DNA from: Cyanobacteria bacterium P01_F01_bin.150
GTDB lineage: Bacteria; Cyanobacteriota; Cyanobacteriia; CAKZMO01
NCBI GenBank assembly: GCA_039189765.1
Contig: JBCCYL010000003.1
Location: forward strand, 64,001 to 128,000
Length of the DNA: 64,000 nt
Direction of reading: 5' to 3'
In this document: piece by piece, positions 62,192-64,000 of the stretch
How positions within the stretch are numbered: the stretch's first letter is position 1
How the letters are laid out: each line of letters begins with the position of its first letter
Made by a program: the position numbers and the translations under genes
The notes under the pieces: generated by a model
Seen by the model: the letters and a program-made list of their open reading frames with translations, nothing else
Database searches by the model: none
Told to the model about the DNA's origin: nothing

Positions 62192-63217
62192 TTACGGATT
62201 AGCAACAGCAACAGATAGTTCGTTGGAAAAATTCTGGCGAATCCATTTGAGGCTGAGGTTTGCCACCTCCCGTGGAACTTCATCTTGGGGACAATGGCCT
62301 GCATTATTCAGCACAACAAAGTCATCCACTGAATCAAAATCCGCCCACGGCTTAGCCATATCCATCGGTTCCCATGGATCGTCCTGGCCCCATAAAATCA
62401 AGGCTCGACAGGGGAGCTGAGAATACAGGTCCTCCGGTAACGGCCCTTGGGAATAGCGAGTAAAGGCGGCAAATACATCCGCTGCACCGGGGTCTGCGGC
62501 TGGCCCCATCAGAATATCCACCAGTTCATCCGTCACCGCATCCGGCTGAGCATAGGCCTGGAGCAAGACTTGTCGTACCGTTCGGGGACGGGCCAGGGCG
62601 CTAAAAAACAAACGGCTAAACCAGGACATTCCCAGCATCGATTGAATAATCGGCGTACTAAGCTGCTGATGCCATGGAATTTGGCTGCGTCGCCGTTCGT
62701 GGAGCATCCGCACGGAGCAGTTAATGGTAACAACGCCTTGGAATAGATCTGGGTAGGCGATCGCCGCCTGCATTGCCGCAATACAGCCAATGGAATTGCC
62801 AATCAAGAAGGCGGGAGTCTGCACCACTTCCCGACAAAAATCTCCAAGCTGCTGGCCCCAGGTTTCAAAGGTATAGGGCAACGGGTCCCCCGGCGTGGGC
62901 TTATCTGAACCGCCAAATCCCAGCAAATCAATGGCATACACCCGACAGGACTCAGCCATCAGTGGCATAACCTTACGCCAGTGCCCCCATGAGGCCCCAA
63001 AACCATGCACTAAGATCACTGCAGGTTTCTGAAGCTCCTGGGATTTATCTTCTGAGCCATTTTCCCCATGGTTCTCTTCTCCCTGGACCTGATAGCAAAT
63101 ATTAAAACCTCGCCACTGCCAAGACTTTGCAGGGGGAAACGACTCGATGGACGTCGAGTATCTAGTTAAGTCGGTAGCGTTTGTCAAAGAATCGGAAGTC
63201 GCAGGCATAGAACTCAT
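62192..63217 (-). CDS. Alpha/beta fold hydrolase
   Basis: LVHGFGAS, IDLLGFG, GNSIG nucleophile elbow, WGQDD, AGHCPQDE. Confidence 0.92.
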   Translation of the reverse strand: MSSMPATSDSLTNATDLTRYSTSIESFPPAKSWQWRGFNICYQVQGEENHGENGSEDKSQELQKPAVILVHGFGASWGHWRKVMPLMAESCRVYAIDLLGFGGSDKPTPGDPLPYTFETWGQQLGDFCREVVQTPAFLIGNSIGCIAAMQAAIAYPDLFQGVVTINCSVRMLHERRRSQIPWHQQLSTPIIQSMLGMSWFSRLFFSALARPRTVRQVLLQAYAQPDAVTDELVDILMGPAADPGAADVFAAFTRYSQGPLPEDLYSQLPCRALILWGQDDPWEPMDMAKPWADFDSVDDFVVLNNAGHCPQDEVPREVANLSLKWIRQNFSNELSVAVANP

Positions 63218-63303
63218 ATCGCACGCCGAGAGTAACAGTCAGAATTTTACAATATGTTAACGCAGGACAGGATTAGTCCCCATAATGGAGCTTAGGAATG
63301 GAT

Positions 63304-63350
63304 GAGTTTTGAGTTTTGAGTTTTGAATTTTGAGTTTTGAGTTTTGAATT
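63304..63350. repeat. Heptamer tandem repeat (GAGTTTT)x6+
   Basis: gagtttt gagtttt gagtttt gaatttt gagtttt gagtttt gaatt; short inverted copy ACTCAAAATT near 63398. Confidence 0.9.
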
Positions 63351-63548
63351 ACCCGTACGACTTAGGATTTCTTCTACGGAGACGCTGCGCGAACAAGACT
63401 CAAAATTGATAACTTATCAAATGCCCATTCCTTAGCCCCGTTTATCGATAATTGCTTATCGACAATAATGTCCCAGTCACAAATCTATTGTACTAGTATT
63501 AAGTAATCTGCTACAGTGAAGCCAAAGCGCGGTTTTGGGAGTAGGGCA

Positions 63549-63739
63549 ATGGTTTCTCAAGCGCAATCTAACATTCTGCAAGGTTCAGCGTCCGCTCAAA
63601 AATATCCGCCTCTGCAAAGTGGCGATCGCCTCTATTGTTAGATGAGGATGCCTTGCTAAACGATCGAATGACAAAAGTGTTAGAGGTCGTGCAGGCAGTA
63701 CTACAGTCAATGGAGCATAAAACAATGGCGCTGACGTAA
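63549..63739 (+). pseudogene. Second Uma2-family endonuclease remnant (only N- and C-termini left)
   Basis: MVSQ...KYPPLQSGDRL, then out of frame LLLDEDALLNDRMTKVLEVVQAVLQSMEH...*; matches the PPLExGDRL start and L.LD..ALL...M..VL..LQ end of one Uma2 subfamily. Confidence 0.7.
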
Positions 63740-63753
63740 GCTTCTGGTGGGCC

Positions 63754-63786
63754 AGATCCCAGGGTTCTTAAAGAACCCTGGGATCT
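63754..63786. repeat. Small palindromic dispersed repeat
   Basis: AGATCCCAGGGTTCT-taa-AGAACCCTGGGATCT. Confidence 0.85.
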
Positions 63787-64000
63787 AAATCCGCCTGTGG
63801 GTTGGGGGAATCATTATCGTGAGAATTAGAGATGATTCCCTCTGTGTTGAATATGCCAAGACAACCGCGAGACTTAAAACCAGGGTATTGCTATCACATC
63901 ACGACAAGATGTAATAATCGAGAATTTCTTCTCTATCGGCAGGAATGCAGGGAAGTATTTCTCTATGCTATTAAGCAGGCCCAAGAGAAATTTGACTTCA

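Larger units (their letters stand above)
1..64000. repeat. HIP1 octamer GCGATCGC, highly iterated across the window
   Basis: Dozens of copies in coding and non-coding DNA (not counted exactly); a cyanobacterial hallmark. Confidence 0.97.

Noticed and set aside
1..64000. CRISPR array, tRNA, rRNA, intact transposase, integrase or reverse transcriptase
   Set aside because: No regularly spaced repeat-spacer array, RNA-gene signature or such ORF was recognised by eye

Overview
Cyanobacterial chromosomal window: psaA-psaB, dense HIP1 octamers (GCGATCGC) and typical heptamer and small palindromic repeats. Core genes are the alaS 3' end, gyrB carrying a 316-aa intein, psaAB and an aspartoacylase. 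Between them lie two signalling proteins, five large secreted or surface proteins (S8 protease, RTX protein, serralysin-like protease, haemagglutinin-domain protein, 2763-aa cadherin-like adhesin), at least eight deletion-scarred gene remnants and three candidate conflict or defence modules. The best candidate for an undescribed system is the minus-strand operon at 45793-51149: PP2C phosphatase, YegI-like kinase, nicotinamidase-like hydrolase and vWA protein, i.e. a TerY-P-type triad with an added nicotinamidase. It has a near-consensus sigma70 promoter and two GT-N7-AC (NrtR-type) palindromes, one inside the promoter and one just downstream, which suggests induction by NAD+ breakdown. Other highlights are a clean HIP1-to-HIP1 deletion scar (25472-25953), a GyrB intein that appears to have lost its HNH core, a PARIS/AbiL-like ABC-ATPase plus TOPRIM pair and a STAND-like ATPase/TPR pair. 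All family calls come from motif recognition by eye; no searches were run.
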